NCBI GenBank assembly: GCA_012295275.1
Contig: CM022672.1
Span: 29,636,001-29,700,000, forward strand
Origin: Chrysomallon squamiferum
Taxonomy: Eukaryota; Animalia; Mollusca
DNA length: 64,000 nucleotides
Direction: 5' to 3'
The notes under the pieces are model-generated. The model made no database searches. It saw nothing but the letters and a program-made list of their open reading frames with translations, and was not told the DNA's origin. Below are positions 27,233-42,100 of the stretch, piece after piece. The position numbers and the translations under genes were made by a program. Numbering within the stretch: position 1 is the stretch's first letter; every line of letters begins with the position of its first letter.

Positions 27233-27812
27233 TAATTCATGTGATAGAAGTGTGAAAAGAAGATAAATATGTTTTTCCAGTGTTTGATCGTAGTAATCAT
27301 TGATTACTTAAGTAAAAAATAATGTTTTATATTAATTCAAGAGATATCTTATCTTTCGGCTTGTGTTTCTAAATTTTTCAGTGAAAGTATATTCTGCTTT
27401 ATCACATAATCCAAATATATAATAACAAAGAATACTAACATTTCTGGTAAAGATTTACTCAATAAAAGTATGTTAATAAAACATAAAACATGAATGAGAT
27501 CTGTAAATCTACATATGCTATGTATTTGTTGTTTGGAAGATCAAATCATAAATTATGAATTTATTTAATGAGTCATTTGCAGGTTACACTATTTGTCAAG
27601 TTATTTATTAAGTTTCACATTTTTTAGTAAACAAATATCTTCATATTCTTTTTTTTTTTTTCGTGATTGGTATATTATATATATATTTTATATTTATTGG
27701 ATAAATCAGTTTTGATGTAAACCTTTGGTTTCTTGTTGAAATAAATAGTTCTAATTATTTTGTTTTCTCTTTTTAGTTATATATTTTAGCTACCATTATC
27801 AAATAACATATA

Positions 27813-27851
<39 letters not shown>

Positions 27852-27904
27852 ATATATATATATATATCACACAGTCGTCGTCACAGAGTAAAAACTATAC
27901 CTCT

Positions 27905-28122
27905 AAAGGGACATCGTTCATATTAGAAAGAACATGCGACCCATAATGGATCCTTGAGGAACGATACATGCAACTGTGGCGATGGTAGAAGTATTGTCAG
28001 CAATTTCTTCCACTTGGTGTCGCTCATGTAATAGGATCGAAACCAGTTTAGTACCCGTTTACTGAATCCTACAGCTTTTAATATATGGATCAAAATGCCA
28101 TGATCAACTGTATCAAAGGCCT
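27905..28122 (-). mobile_element. CR1/L2-type reverse transcriptase fragment
   Basis: Minus strand reads AFDTVDHGILIHILKAVG and IVPQGSIMG. Confidence 0.75.
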
Positions 28123-28673
28123 CAATAATTCCCTTTCTTTTGTCCTTGCTTTATGTAACGTGTAAGATTTCAGTATCAGTCGATAAGAACGATTGAATAT
28201 AGAGGAAGTTAACAATCAAAGTGCATTTCAATAAAATAAACAAATATTTCTTTGTCTAAATTTATTTATTACTTAGAATAAACACAAATCTTAGAGATAT
28301 AAATTATACTGAAAGATAAATAATAATAAGAATACGAAGAATACGAAGAATAAAAGAAAAAGAAAAAAGAGAAGAATAAGAAGAAAGAGTAAAGAAAACA
28401 TAAAAATATTTCTTAAAAACTAAATACTAAAATGACAGCCATAATAAAAGTAAATTTAAATTGGATTAAACATTTTCACATCGCTTAGCTACATTCATTA
28501 CGTCATCGTTACTCCGTTTGCAGTCACATATTTATTTTATTACATATCTAACGTGTTTCTGACAGAAGGGAAATAACTCTAGACAAGTATGTCATCGAGG
28601 CAGACAACTACAAAGTAACTAAGTAAATAAGTCAGTGAAAAATTATTTATATAACAGTAAAATATTCCGTTTG

Positions 28674-28729
<56 letters not shown>

Positions 28730-29639
28730 TCGAACTTGTTGAAAAATAAAATATATTGTCTGCATAAGATCGTCGTTATTATCTAAAGGGAGGTCACTCT
28801 AGTTTATAAGTCGGTGAAAGAAGCAGACGATCAAAAAGTAAATAAATACGAAAGAGTGTAGACAATGAAAAATAATGTTAAGAAAACTCATAATCAGTCG
28901 GATTATCCCACTGAATAATAACACAAACTAACTTTTCTTATAATTGTATTCTTACACATATACATATAAAGGAAAAGATATAAAAGAGAAAAGATTTCTT
29001 CTTCTGCAGGATTAAATAGTAATTAAAATCTTTATTTCCATACACTTTATTGTATTAACATACACCTCTCTGAAGATGTAATGAGAAAAAAATGTATAGC
29101 TAAAATAGTTACATTTTAAAAATAATAATAATAATAATAATAATAATAATTCAGTTTTTCCTCTTCATATGATCAAATACATTTTCTGTATTAGGATATG
29201 ATATAAAGGTATTAAATATTATCCAGCCTGTTAGTTCACTTACTGCAGCCTGATTTAATGAAAACTGTAGTAGTCTCATTCCTTTTAACATTATTTTTAT
29301 ACTGACACATCTCATAAAATTATTTTATCATTGGTATGCTGTTTATCAACACATTTAGTCTTTCTCATTTTATATCTGATGAAAATTTCCCAGCATGTAT
29401 TATGAAAACATTTTTTATCAAATGTGTCAAATTCATATCATTTAAACCACATTTTAAAATTAATTCTTAGAAATGATACTAAACTAAAATATTATAAAAA
29501 TAAACATATTAAAATTAAAATTAATTATTAATCACTGGATGATAATATTAAATTAAAGTTAAATATTAATCATATGACCCTTTGATAAATAATTTAAATC
29601 TTACAAAACTATTTATTTAAAAAAATAATAATAATAATT

Positions 29640-30188
29640 TAAAAAAAAAAAAATGTGATTCCACCTATTAATAACATATCTCTCTGTTTTTTCATATTTT
29701 TTATTGATATAAATGGAATAGCATTTCAAAATATAAATAAAATTGATAACAATTCAGGACTAAGTATTAAAGTGCGAAACAAAAACTATTTCCTCTAAAT
29801 GACTTATTCTATACATCACTATCAATATTTGTCTAAATAGCTTGACATAACTGACATTTTGTAACAATATATACCTATATATAGCAAAATACATTATCAT
29901 ATCAAATAGTCCTCTTACATATATATATATAAAAACATACATAAAACACATAAATAAGGAATAAAATAACTTTTAATAATATCTTCAATAGTCAGTAAAC
30001 TTTAGAAAACTAAACATCTATCAAAATGAAATTTCTATGAAACAAATACATTGGTTGATACTAGCTCAAGCAATAATTTATGATTTGAATAAATATTTTT
30101 TGTTGTATCTCACCTAACTGGCTTTTGAACAGCTAATCAATAATTTGAAACTGAGTAGTTTGATATCTTCCAAAAAATTATTTATTTC

Positions 30189-30221
<33 letters not shown>

Positions 30222-30651
30222 AATAAAAAAAAAAAAAAAAAAAATAATAAATTAATTCCACCTGTAATAAAATTTTTGTCTGCATTTGTTGTTTTTTAAT
30301 TTCTATTGATACAAATGGAATATATCACTAACAATATTTCAGTAAATGGCTTAAGATAACTGACATTTTGTAACAATTATATCTCTGTATATAGCAAAAC
30401 ACATTAGCATATCAAGTATTCCTCTCTCTCTCTCACACACACTCACACACAACATACAAATACACATACATACATACATACATAAAACACACCAATAAGG
30501 ATTAAAAGAACTTTTAATAATATATTCAATAGTCACTAAACTTTCGAAAACCAAAAATCTATCAAAATGATATCTCATGTTAGTTCAAGCAATAATTTTA
30601 TGATATGAATAAATATTTTTTACTATATCTCACCTAACTGGCTTTTGAACA
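29640..30651. repeat. Diverged tandem duplication of about 0.5 kb (about 29640-30132 and 30240-30651)
   Basis: Shared blocks attccacct, ttgat.aaatggaata, ataactgacattttgtaacaat, tatcaaaatga and tatctcacctaactggcttttgaacag occur in the same order. Confidence 0.85.
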
Positions 30652-30863
30652 GATATCTTAAGACTATTTCATGCTGCCAGTGTATTTCAATTCATTATCA
30701 TGTGAAAATGAAAATCCACAACAAAACTTCAACTCAATCCCAAACTATGAAACAATTTAATAATAATTATATCATCAAGAGTAGATAACCAGACTATTAG
30801 TGTCTGCATGTAAAACATTGCAAACAAAGGTCAAACTTTAACATTGCACAGTTATGTTTATAA

Positions 30864-30916
<53 letters not shown>

Positions 30917-32753
30917 GATTATTATTTTTTCACACCAAAGTAAAAATTAATTAGATATAAAAATTAGTTAAAAATAATGCAGTATTATGTATATATTGTT
31001 AGTAATTGTTTTCCTTTTAGGAGTGTTTTTTTCCTTTCTTGTTTTTTCTTTTCATTTTTGTGTTTTGTTCTTTTCAGAGAGGCAAAAGTACAAAACAAAG
31101 AAAAATATGTACAAATAAAACAACAACAACAAAAAGAATGACAAAAGTGTTCAAATAATAGTAACATCCATATGTGAGAGATAAATGTCTATATAAAAAT
31201 ATTTCACCATTTTAAATGAGCACTGAAAAGTAAAAACAAATAGAACCTCTCATCAGAATTTAAAAAAAAATATCAACCAGAGCACAATTAACATTTTCAA
31301 AGTGTGCATCAAATTATTTAATATACAGATACAGTAACTGAAAACTTGAAATCACATACAACCTATTACTATCATTTACTTTTGTTTTTGTGAAATAAAA
31401 AATATATTTTCTGACAAATATCCATTTCTTATGACTGCTTATGTTCAATACTTCTTCTTTTCCTTTTTTTTTTTAATCTTTTTTTCTAATTTTTTTTTTC
31501 AAAAATTATATCAGTTACCATAATTATAGTAACATTTACCATTCATTACTTTTAAAGAATGTATACATAACTATGTATATTTTCTTTTAAATAAATAAAC
31601 CCCAGGTATTCATGTAAGTATTCAGCATCAATATTTTTAAAATGATTTAAAAGTAACTATATATAAAATAAATTAATGAAGCACATATATCACACATCAT
31701 ATTAACAAAAGAAAAAAAATATATATATATTTGGAACAAATTGTGCAGAAGCATACTTTAATATTTCACAAATAAGGATGAAAAACTGTAGGCATCTAAA
31801 CATCTATATTTGAAACATGATGACACAATATACCGAAAGGTGTTTTGAGCAAAATATATATGTATGTATGTATGTGTGTGTGTATGTATGTATGTATGTA
31901 TGTAAAACCACATATGTACTGTTTATCTACTGTTAAAATATCATTTAGAATATGCAAGTTAACAAAGCAAAAACTAAGAAGTACAAAAAGAAACAATATT
32001 AAACTATAACATATTCACATCTGAATGACTCTCATATAAGGATTAAAAAATTTAAAATATCAAACAAATAAAGCTATTAACAGAAATCTGTTTCTGTCAG
32101 GAACAAACAATTAATTCTGTGTTGTAATTTTATTTGATAATATCCATTACATCAAAAAGTTAACAACAGCAACAGTACATAGATAACGTCTTTCAAACTA
32201 GCCACCTTCAGATAACCTGTAAACTGAAATCTGAAACAGAAAAACAGAATATAAAACAAAAAAAAAATGTCATTAAAACAAGACAACCTCTACGATAACA
32301 GTACATTAGCAGACTATTTTTTTTTTTTTTTTTAAAGTAAAAAAATCTATAAGACTGAAAAATCTATGTGTAATAAAATTGAAATTTTACTTGATACTTT
32401 TTTAAACTTCAACTTTATGCATGTTTGTATGCAAAACTATACTGATAATTTTACATGTAATAATATATTAAAATATTATTAATTCCCTATGCAAAAATAT
32501 AAAGAAATCTAATTTAATTTAATAATATAATAATATGTTGGAAGTTACCTAATTCTGTCTATAATATTTATTACATAATTGCCTATGTAATACTATATTG
32601 CAATGCTATCTAATTCTTTATCTAAAAGATTCTGAAAAATTAATTCTTTATTACATAGAATATCCAAACTTTACAAAATTCAGTTTGTAATAGTATGCTG
32701 AAATTTTACCTAACTCGATGAGTAATCAAATAATTATTGAGATTTATAATGTG

Positions 32754-32785
<32 letters not shown>

Positions 32786-32864
32786 AATACATACATAATA
32801 ATGCATTTATACACATACAGACATATAGAGATACATACATACACATACACACATATATATATTT

Positions 32865-32940
<76 letters not shown>

Positions 32941-33159
32941 TATTTCGGAAACTATTTGTTTTGAAGATTATTAATTTAGTTTATCTTTTTTCAGTTCGTT
33001 TTAGTTTCTAACTAATCCACTAGAGGAAATAAATATCAACACGAAATCTGTGATTCTACGAAAAGATTATCTTATGAATATTTCTGATCCTGTTAATTTC
33101 TGTTCATTATGATATTTTTTTCCTCATTATTTTGACACAATTACCTTATTTGTTTCAAT

Positions 33160-36100
33160 CTACGACACATGACTTTTTACATAATTCACAACAGCACTTG
33201 CAAGATCGTATGTATTTCTGGCAGTCTCTTTGCTGTACACATCAGAAGGAATGTGAGGAAATGTCAAGCGATCTGGATATCTCATACGATTGTAACTACA
33301 AACATTATTTTCTAGCCTGTTCACAAGATCCAGCAAATTCACCCGTGAGTCAGATTGTAAGTAAAAGGTGATGGATTGAAGATCATGAGTTCGGACTTCG
33401 TCAGCCTGACGAGCATCATGATTATAAAGCATGGCTTTCAAAGCCTTTTCAGCAGCCTAATGAAAAAATAAATATATATATATATACAAAAACACACCCA
33501 CATAAATACAATTTCAATATATCTTTCTCTTCTATTTATCTTTATTTGATAGTTTTAACTTTTATTTGTTTTATTTTTTCTTTTTTTTTTTTTTTTTTCA
33601 ATCTTATTTACCTAATTATAAAATCCTAAAACACGAAATGGATAAATGATAATAATGATAATACAAAAATAAACTTTTATTAATTCCACTGTTACTAAAA
33701 TCTGTAGAAAATTAAAAAATAACTATTACAAAATACTTTAAAGGGGAAATATATCTGTTATTTTCAAACATATTTAACTCACCTGATGAGATTTGAAGCA
33801 GATCCAGTTGAAAGCATCATATTCTGGATTTGAAAGTGCTTTGTTTGCCATTTCTAGATCAATGTTTGCTTGACGCAGCCATCTTCTTGCTTCTTGTTTA
33901 TGAGGGTAGGCATTTTGTCTTGTGGCTGAATGGAAACTGAAAGCAGAATGTGACGAAGAAGAGGAATTTCTTGACCTTTGTTGGTAATTATAATAACAAT
34001 CCCTTTCCGAAGTTAATCTTCTGTTCATATTAGTAAAAAATGTTGACTGTTGAAATGGAGGTTGCCATGGAAACTGTCTATCTGTAACATGACTTAGGTC
34101 TTCACCACTATCTAATTTTGCCACACACTTTTGAATGTACTGACACACTTTGGTGCAGATATCTTGTCTGTCTGGTGGATTCTTGTCTGGATGCCATTTC
34201 AGGTACAGTCTCTTTACCACTCTTTGACGGTCACATGTATCTAAACTACGCCAAACTTCTTTCAACGTCTTCCGAATTTTTTTCAGAATGTCACATAAAT
34301 CAGGAATAGAAGACTGTAAATCAGATGCAAGAAGTTCCTGGTCAACTTTAATTTCTTGTCTACAAAATTTATGCAATCTTGTAGCATTTATTTCTTCAAT
34401 TCTTCCACGTTCTACTTCTACTTTATATTTTGTCAAACAGGGTGATGCAACCTCTTCTGCAACGGATTTAAAAATAGCACAAATATATACTGCTTCAGTT
34501 GATTCATTTTCCAAAAATTCTGGTGCAACTCTTTCAGTGATAGCTGGATCATGGATCTCTAATCCTACATATTCATCTTCAACTAAATTCTCAAAATTAT
34601 GGTTGAGCATCCAGTGAAATTCTTCAGGAATTAAAGTTCCAGATGGCGGAAACAGATGTGTGTCTTTGAGGAGTAAAACTGAAACATTTTATTCCTTTTC
34701 CATCCAGATACAAACAAATATCTTCCACTTTCATTTCAAGCATTTCAAGTAAATGATATATTTTTCTACCAATCAGTCCACCTACCATGAAATCAAGTTT
34801 TTCTGCTATCTTAAAACACATTTCTTTCTTGTTTTGACATGTTTGTTCATCTATATACATAGTAACCTGGCCTTCTTTTTTAGGTGAAAACTCAATGAAA
34901 CATTTTCGTTCCCTCTGACTCCCTTGAACTGGTTCATTGGCATAAACCAAATTTGTCTGCAAGATATTTACTTCCAGAATGTTCATGTTAGAAAACATAA
35001 ACTCAACTGAATTTACAGTTTCTTTTTCTAAAGGTTTGTCAGCTAAAGATTGTTGATGGTTTATAAGTCGAATCACACCTTTTATGAAAGAGGGTGAGTT
35101 TATATGGTCTAAATATGCCGTTGCATGTGGACCCCTGAAAGCTTTTCTCTGACATTCAACTGTAACATGATCTTGAACTAAAGAAGATAAGTTCACTGGT
35201 CTATACTGTTCTGGAAGTTTATTTATCATATCCATATCATTAAACCCTTCGATCTGAAGTTTATGAAATCCTATGAAATATGTAAAATTTAAGGACAAAA
35301 CTCTATCTTCTAGAGCTTGGTCATCTGAAAAGACTAATTTGTTGGACAAATTAAGTGTTTCCAGTGAACTGGGAAGAAATAAGGTGGAGTCATAAAATTC
35401 TTTTGGACAATGCTTTTCTGGCAAATACCCGAAGAGCTTCTCTACTGACTTTTGTACAACATTCCAGTCATTGGGATTTAATTTACCATCATTAATTTCC
35501 AAATGCTTTTGTCTCAAAACATCTGCGTAATGATTAGCAGAAACAACCTTGCTAGCACCAAGTTTCTCAAAAAGAGACCAGTATTTACCAAAATATTTAG
35601 GAGACTGAAATATATAGCCTGGAATTGCATCTTTTTGTGAAAGGTCAATGACGATATCTTTTGCTTTAACCATACGTCCCACGTCATTCAGATATATAAC
35701 TGAATAATCTGCCAGTTCGTTTTTTTCATGTTCAGTAATAATACAATTCTCTAAGAATATATAAATGCGTTCCATTATTTCTTGTAAACACATTTTGATC
35801 TCGTTCAACTCTGATACTTTCATTTTCTTCAAAGAAAGTGAAATATTTTGGAGATGGGAAATGACACTTTGTTTATCTGGAGTATGTTTAACACCAAGCT
35901 GTGACAGAATCTTCTCATAATGGCATGGGACATCAGGGCAAATATAGGAACTTGTCCAAACCAAATAACAATTCTCAGAAGAAACAGATCCATTAAAAGC
36001 TATTAACTTTGATGCCTTTTCTACTTGAGAGTGGATGTTAGCGAGTATTTCCCCATGTTTATGGTGTTTGACACTAAATGGTAACACAAACTTAATGTTC

Positions 36101-39100
36101 ATAATTTTTGGAATGAGTTTTTCTTTTAACACGTTGCTCCGGGTAAACAAATGTTCAGTAAGAGTTTTGGACATATGTACAACGGTATCTGTTATTCCTT
36201 TACTGCTCAGTGTCTGGATTTGCAAAGCAAACTTGACAAAATCTTCAACAGTAACTTTGTTCTTCATGCCTGCCAACACCAGAAAGTCATGCCACTCATC
36301 ATCATTATATGGTGCTGGGGGAAATGCAGTGTCTGGACACATCACACGAAACACTTTAACTTTGTTGCTGAAAAATACACATGCTTTGCAAAATATACCA
36401 CTCAGCCTATCTATGAAGGGCACGTTTCTCAAGGCATTCACTAGCATTTCTACATCAGAACTCCGTTTCAAACCAAATCCTGGATTCAGTAGATTATTTT
36501 TAATATATTTTAAGTGAATAAATCTTGCATCTCTTGGCAACTTTTCAAAACTTGGTAAAATGAAATTACTGTCTAATTTAGATATGGAGTATACAGTAAT
36601 GTTCATAAATTCATATAAGTCTTTTAATGAATAATTCGTTTTAAAGATAGTTTTGCCTGTTTCATGAGACCAGATTTCTAATCCATCTCTAGGTATATAT
36701 GAATATCCATTTTCCACAAACACAGGGTCACAGTTTACGAGTGGCCTGGTCGTATGTAATACTGTAACAAGAAAAGGTAATTTTTTCAGCATCCTGATAA
36801 TCCAGTCCTTGTCAGGAGTTAGAAGTGCCAAGTTGTTACAAAAATATTCCAGCAAGGTGCAGCCTACGTCTTCTGGTGGATTTCTTTTGTAATTATGACC
36901 CGAAAGTGCCTTAAGAACTGAGAGTGGGTTCTTTGTATCGGCTGTAATGGATGCTGCAAACTCAATTACATCTTTATCTTGATGAAATGGATCAGAATTG
37001 TAAAGTGAAATACCCAACATTTTGAAAGCTTGTATCAGTTTAAAATTTGTATCAGATAGGAGATTTATGACATCTCCAGCTTTACTTATGGGGTGCAGCT
37101 GATTTCGTAGGATTCTTGTTGTCTGAAATACTGTGACCGGCAGTAGGCTCCATTCTTTTATTTCTCCAAAGCTTGAAATGGATAAATGTTTCTCAGAGAA
37201 TTCTTTTTTTAGTTCAGTAGAAAGAAACTTCCATAAATGTTGAATCCATTCTTTTGTTGGATGACTATTGCTATTCCAGTCCACTGCTTTACCTCGTTTA
37301 AACACAGTTTCATCAACTGTTTCTTTCAGCAGCAAAGATAAATCACTGATGTCCATGGTTTTCAAAGCTGGCATGTTTATGTAATTTGAAAACAAACTGA
37401 CAATATCCTTGTGTAGACACCTATCTGGTGATCCTTTAATGAGATCTGTAAATGTTGTTAGAAGAATTATATTTTCTCTGCTGAAAATATTAAGCTCGTT
37501 TGCATTATTCAAACACAGAGGGAGTCCATCTATTTGGACATTACTAGATTTCATGCAGAATTTTATAACCAATTTTACGGTCGCTGTATCAACAAATGGA
37601 GTGTTTTCTATTTTTTCTGGTAATTTTCCTATTAAACATTTTTCTGTAATCCCTTTTGTATTACATGATTTTAGAAAAGATATGACATTCTCTGGTTTTA
37701 CACACTGCACTTCTTCACCAAGGCCAGCATTTACAAAATTTTCAAAAATCCAGAATGGTGCTTCAATGATTTTCATACCAAGTGTTTTCATTATATCAGC
37801 AAGTTTCACTGCTTCTGTGCTTGGTATTTGGTGTCTCTTTTCATCCATCTGTTTCTGAGTGTACATTTTTGGACCTAAGAATTTGTTATCTCCAAACTGA
37901 CTTGAAGCAGACTGAATCTCTGTATTATTTGGTTTATTACCTTTGTTATCATAAAATGATTCAAGGTTATTGAAATATCCTGGAAATCGATTGTCATTAA
38001 TAACGGAAACCCAGGTTACTTGCTTTGATGTTTCCTGCCTCTTGACAACAGGAAATAAATTTAGTCTGTCCCGAAAGATTGTTTTGTAAAATTCAGTAAC
38101 CAGTGATTTCCAAAAGTCATCCTTGGCCTTGTTGGTGTCAGGAAAAAGTGAATTGTATTGTTTTATATGTATGTTAATATTGTCTGTCCCCGTATGATTG
38201 AATATCTCATGCATAAGATTTAGAGCTGTTATATATGCTGGCACAATAAGAGATTCTACCATATGTTGATTCCATCTAGCTCGATAATCTTGTGTACCAT
38301 GCCACAAATTCCTTCGGGCTTCGTGGTCCAGTGCAAAATGACCATTGATGTGAACAGGCAGACCAGTTTCAATGGGCAGGGGAAGAATACAAAATGCTCT
38401 TTTGTTGCACTGCACGCATTTTTCATCAAGTCGAACAGCCACTCCACCTCTCGGTAGCAGATTTATATCTCTTCTTTTCCAAGCACAGTCTATTTCAGGA
38501 GGCAAAGGTAAATTGGAAGAAAAACCGAACTGATGAATTATCAACCATCTTTCTTCGTCAGATTTATGATCATGTTTTATTTTGAGTATCACTGGAACTT
38601 GTTCTTTCTTTAGTTCCTTAAGGCCATAGTTTTGATTTCTTGCCTTTTTCACTTCATGAACAATATTATTTGAGAACATTCTGTGTTTTTCTTTATGTTG
38701 TGTAGATGCTTCCACAAAATGTTCAGTACGAAAGTGTCCATTTTTCTCAATGGATGCAACTGAAATTCTTTTTATGTTATTAAGAAACAACAAAGACTCT
38801 GACATATATAAAGTGAAGACCCTTAATAATTTTTCAATTTGTTTAGTGTCTATTTGTTTTTCAAAATTTTGGACTTCTTAGCCATTTTTTCGTTTCTGAG
38901 AGGAAACCGAAACAATGTTCCTTGTGGGTGGAGTGGAACGTCTTTTTCCAGGAAGCATGAGAACACATCACTGTATGAAGAACGCAGTTCTGATATGTTA
39001 GTAAATCGTGCTCCTGGAACACCAGTCTCAGGTGTGTACAGACAATTAGGGTCAAGAACGCACAGTGTTTCGTCCATTTCTGGTCCAGCTGTCAGGAACA

Positions 39101-42100
39101 TTGGTACATCTGTTAAGTGATAAACAGCCTTGAATCCAACTTCGTAATGACCTGTTTTAGTACAGTCTAAACTTTTACTTCCAAAACCTAATTCTTGTAT
39201 TCCATCCAAATCCTTCTGTGTGAAATAACTGTTATTATAAACACACAATGCCGGGCCTTGCAGAGGTTTCCACCTGTCATCAAAAATTCTTTCACTTGGA
39301 TGGGTTCTAAAATCTTTAATAAACATCACCTCTGATGCTCCTGCATCATCAGCATTCTGTAGCAGTTCATTCATCAGAGACACATCGCAGGGATATCCTT
39401 CGAGGATCCGTTTTATTCTGTTAGTGAGTTCTTCATGTTGTCCGAAACCCTGAACAAATGGTATTAAAAATTCTCCTTTTGCACAGGAAGTCAAGAAATT
39501 GACCTCTGAAGCTTTTTGACGAATTTCTGTATTATTAAGGTAAACATGTCTGTTTTCAGATAGAAATCTCATGAATTTGTGCATTTTTTCTGCAGTGTAA
39601 TGCTTTTGATTTGGGAATGTCATGACATCAAGAACTTTGTAAATTAGCTGATGAATGGAAACTTCTTTAGCTCCCAGGTGTATAGCTAGTTTACGTGATG
39701 AAGTAGATAGGCCATGTAAATACTCTGATGGATATGAAACTGGTATTAGTTCTATAGGCGCTATTTCAGCCACTTCTTCAACTGAGACACATCTTTCTTC
39801 TGATGTAGTGAATATCTTCAATAGTCTTAATTGTTTCTTTTCATTGGAGGATAAATTTGTGCATAAAGATAGGAATTCCACAAACTGATTTTTGATAATT
39901 TCTTCTGCAGTATCATTGAAATTCTCGATATTTTTCTTTGAAACTTTACACAGTGTATGTATAATACCTTGTGGAGTGGGGGAAGAAATATTTCTACCTA
40001 CTGGTAGGACTGACTGAACATAGTCAGAACTGATGGCAAGACTACGACTCCTAATTTCTGTAAGCACTGGGAGATTTCTTCAGAAAGATTTTCAAACCCC
40101 ACTACGAATTTTCCCGTCAAAGGATGTAATATAATTTTACCATGAGTATACTCTGGTACTAGAGGCATATTTTGCATTGAAGACTTCATGTCTACACCTA
40201 ATTCTTGGGCAAAAATCCATAATTCTTTTAGCCACGTTTCGCCTAATGTGGGTGACAAACTCTGCAAATATTTTGAATCATAAAGGTTGTTTTTTGTGAA
40301 GCACAGCCTGATTATTTGTGGAAATACCTCTGCTGTGACTTTAAAAATGTTATTATATCCTGAAAAAAAAATCACATTTTATTTTATTAAAATAATTTTG
40401 CTTTCATATTTATATAAACATATTTAGTTTAGTAGTAAAATTAGAGAGAAACCTCAATACAAAATATAAAACATGAATCGAATTCTGTAATTTTTAAATA
40501 TTTCCCTTATATATTTCATACCTTTCTTTGACATAGAAGCAAACTCTTTTTGGACAAAGTGATCACTGACTAGAAAACTTTCGAAACTTGGAAATACGTG
40601 AATTTTCTCGGGACAGAAAAAGATGTTCTGCTTTCCGAACGTCTTGAATGATCCATCAGCCACAGGAAGCAAAGGTAGTCCGTCAAGACATGTGTATGAA
40701 GATGAGAGGAGAGCATATCTCAAAAGATGTTGTTTTTCCTCGTCATTGTAGCGAATGTACAGATCTGATGTTTTCAGCAAATTACACAACCCTTCTGGAC
40801 TCACCTTGGACACATAGCTCACAATCTTTTTCACAATATGATCTGGAAGCTTCACAACATTCCTTCCATAATCCAGATAAGCCTTTGTGACTGTACTGAA
40901 AACTGATGGTTCAACTGATGGTTCCTCACTCAGAGCAAGAATAATATTTTCCATTAGAAGCCATTTTCCTCCACCTATTTCAGTGAAAAATGCCTTTGTT
41001 TTAAACAGTTTTCTGTAAAATGGCTCCAAGAAGTCTATCCAATGAGCAGTGATCTTTGACTCATCAGGAAATGAACCATAAAAGAGATTAATATCGTCAG
41101 AACTGTTATTTCTTTCCTGGGATAATTTCCTGAGTTCTTGAATGAGTATAATGTAAGCTTGTGGCAGAGCTTCTGAAATGAGGCAGTGATTCCATTCATC
41201 TTGTTTTTCCTTATCTGGTGACCATTTAATTTCCCTGCGATCTTGAGTTAGTGCAAAAAAACCATTGACATGGACAGGCAAACCGGTATTATTTTCTGCA
41301 CTAAGAGGCAGAGGTAGAAAACAAAAAATGTGTCCTTTCATTAGGCCGTTGTCTGTCAGAGGATAAGCAACACCAACATAAGGTAAATAAGATATGTCAG
41401 TGTCAGAACAAAGATTTCTGAGGGTCAAAGATACTGGTTCTCCCATGTAGAAATTCACCACCATCCAATCTTTTGAGTTGCATATGGTAGGATGTCCAGA
41501 ACTGAACTTTACTGTTTCAACAGAAAAATGATACGTAGAATGACATGACTTATGTGGGAAATTGCCACCAGCATTTGCATATTCCGTCTGAAATAGTTTT
41601 CTTTGCCTACGAAGATATTTTAAATACTGTGCTCCTATCTTGACCACAAAAATAATTTCTGCATTTGACAAGGAGCCATCTCTTGTAAAAAGAGAGATTT
41701 TCTCAAGAGACTTTAGAAACAGAAGAATCATTTCTGCCTCATAAATGAAAGTTTCAAACATATTTGTTATATCTACTGCTGTAGACACGTTTTGCGACAG
41801 ATCCGATTTAACCAGTCGCAAAGGTAGCCAAAATAAAGTGCCATTGTAAAACCCGCTGTTTAGACAAGATCGTGAAAAATCAAATGTTTCTCCAAAGACA
41901 TTAATAAGCGCTTTTAGTGTTTTGGCGTCCAAGTTCTGTAGTTTCCTCATGAGACAGATGTCATCTTTTGGTTGATGTGGATTAATAAAAAGTATCCATT
42001 CCCCACTGACAACGCAAAGCCAGTCTGAAATAAAAACATAACTTTTTAAAATCAGTTGTATACACTTTACCAAATTTTTTAAAACAAAATAAACAAATTA

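Noticed and set aside
34118-39888. Plus-strand ORFs of 60-160 aa opposite sacsin
   Set aside because: These are antisense shadows of a long coding exon.
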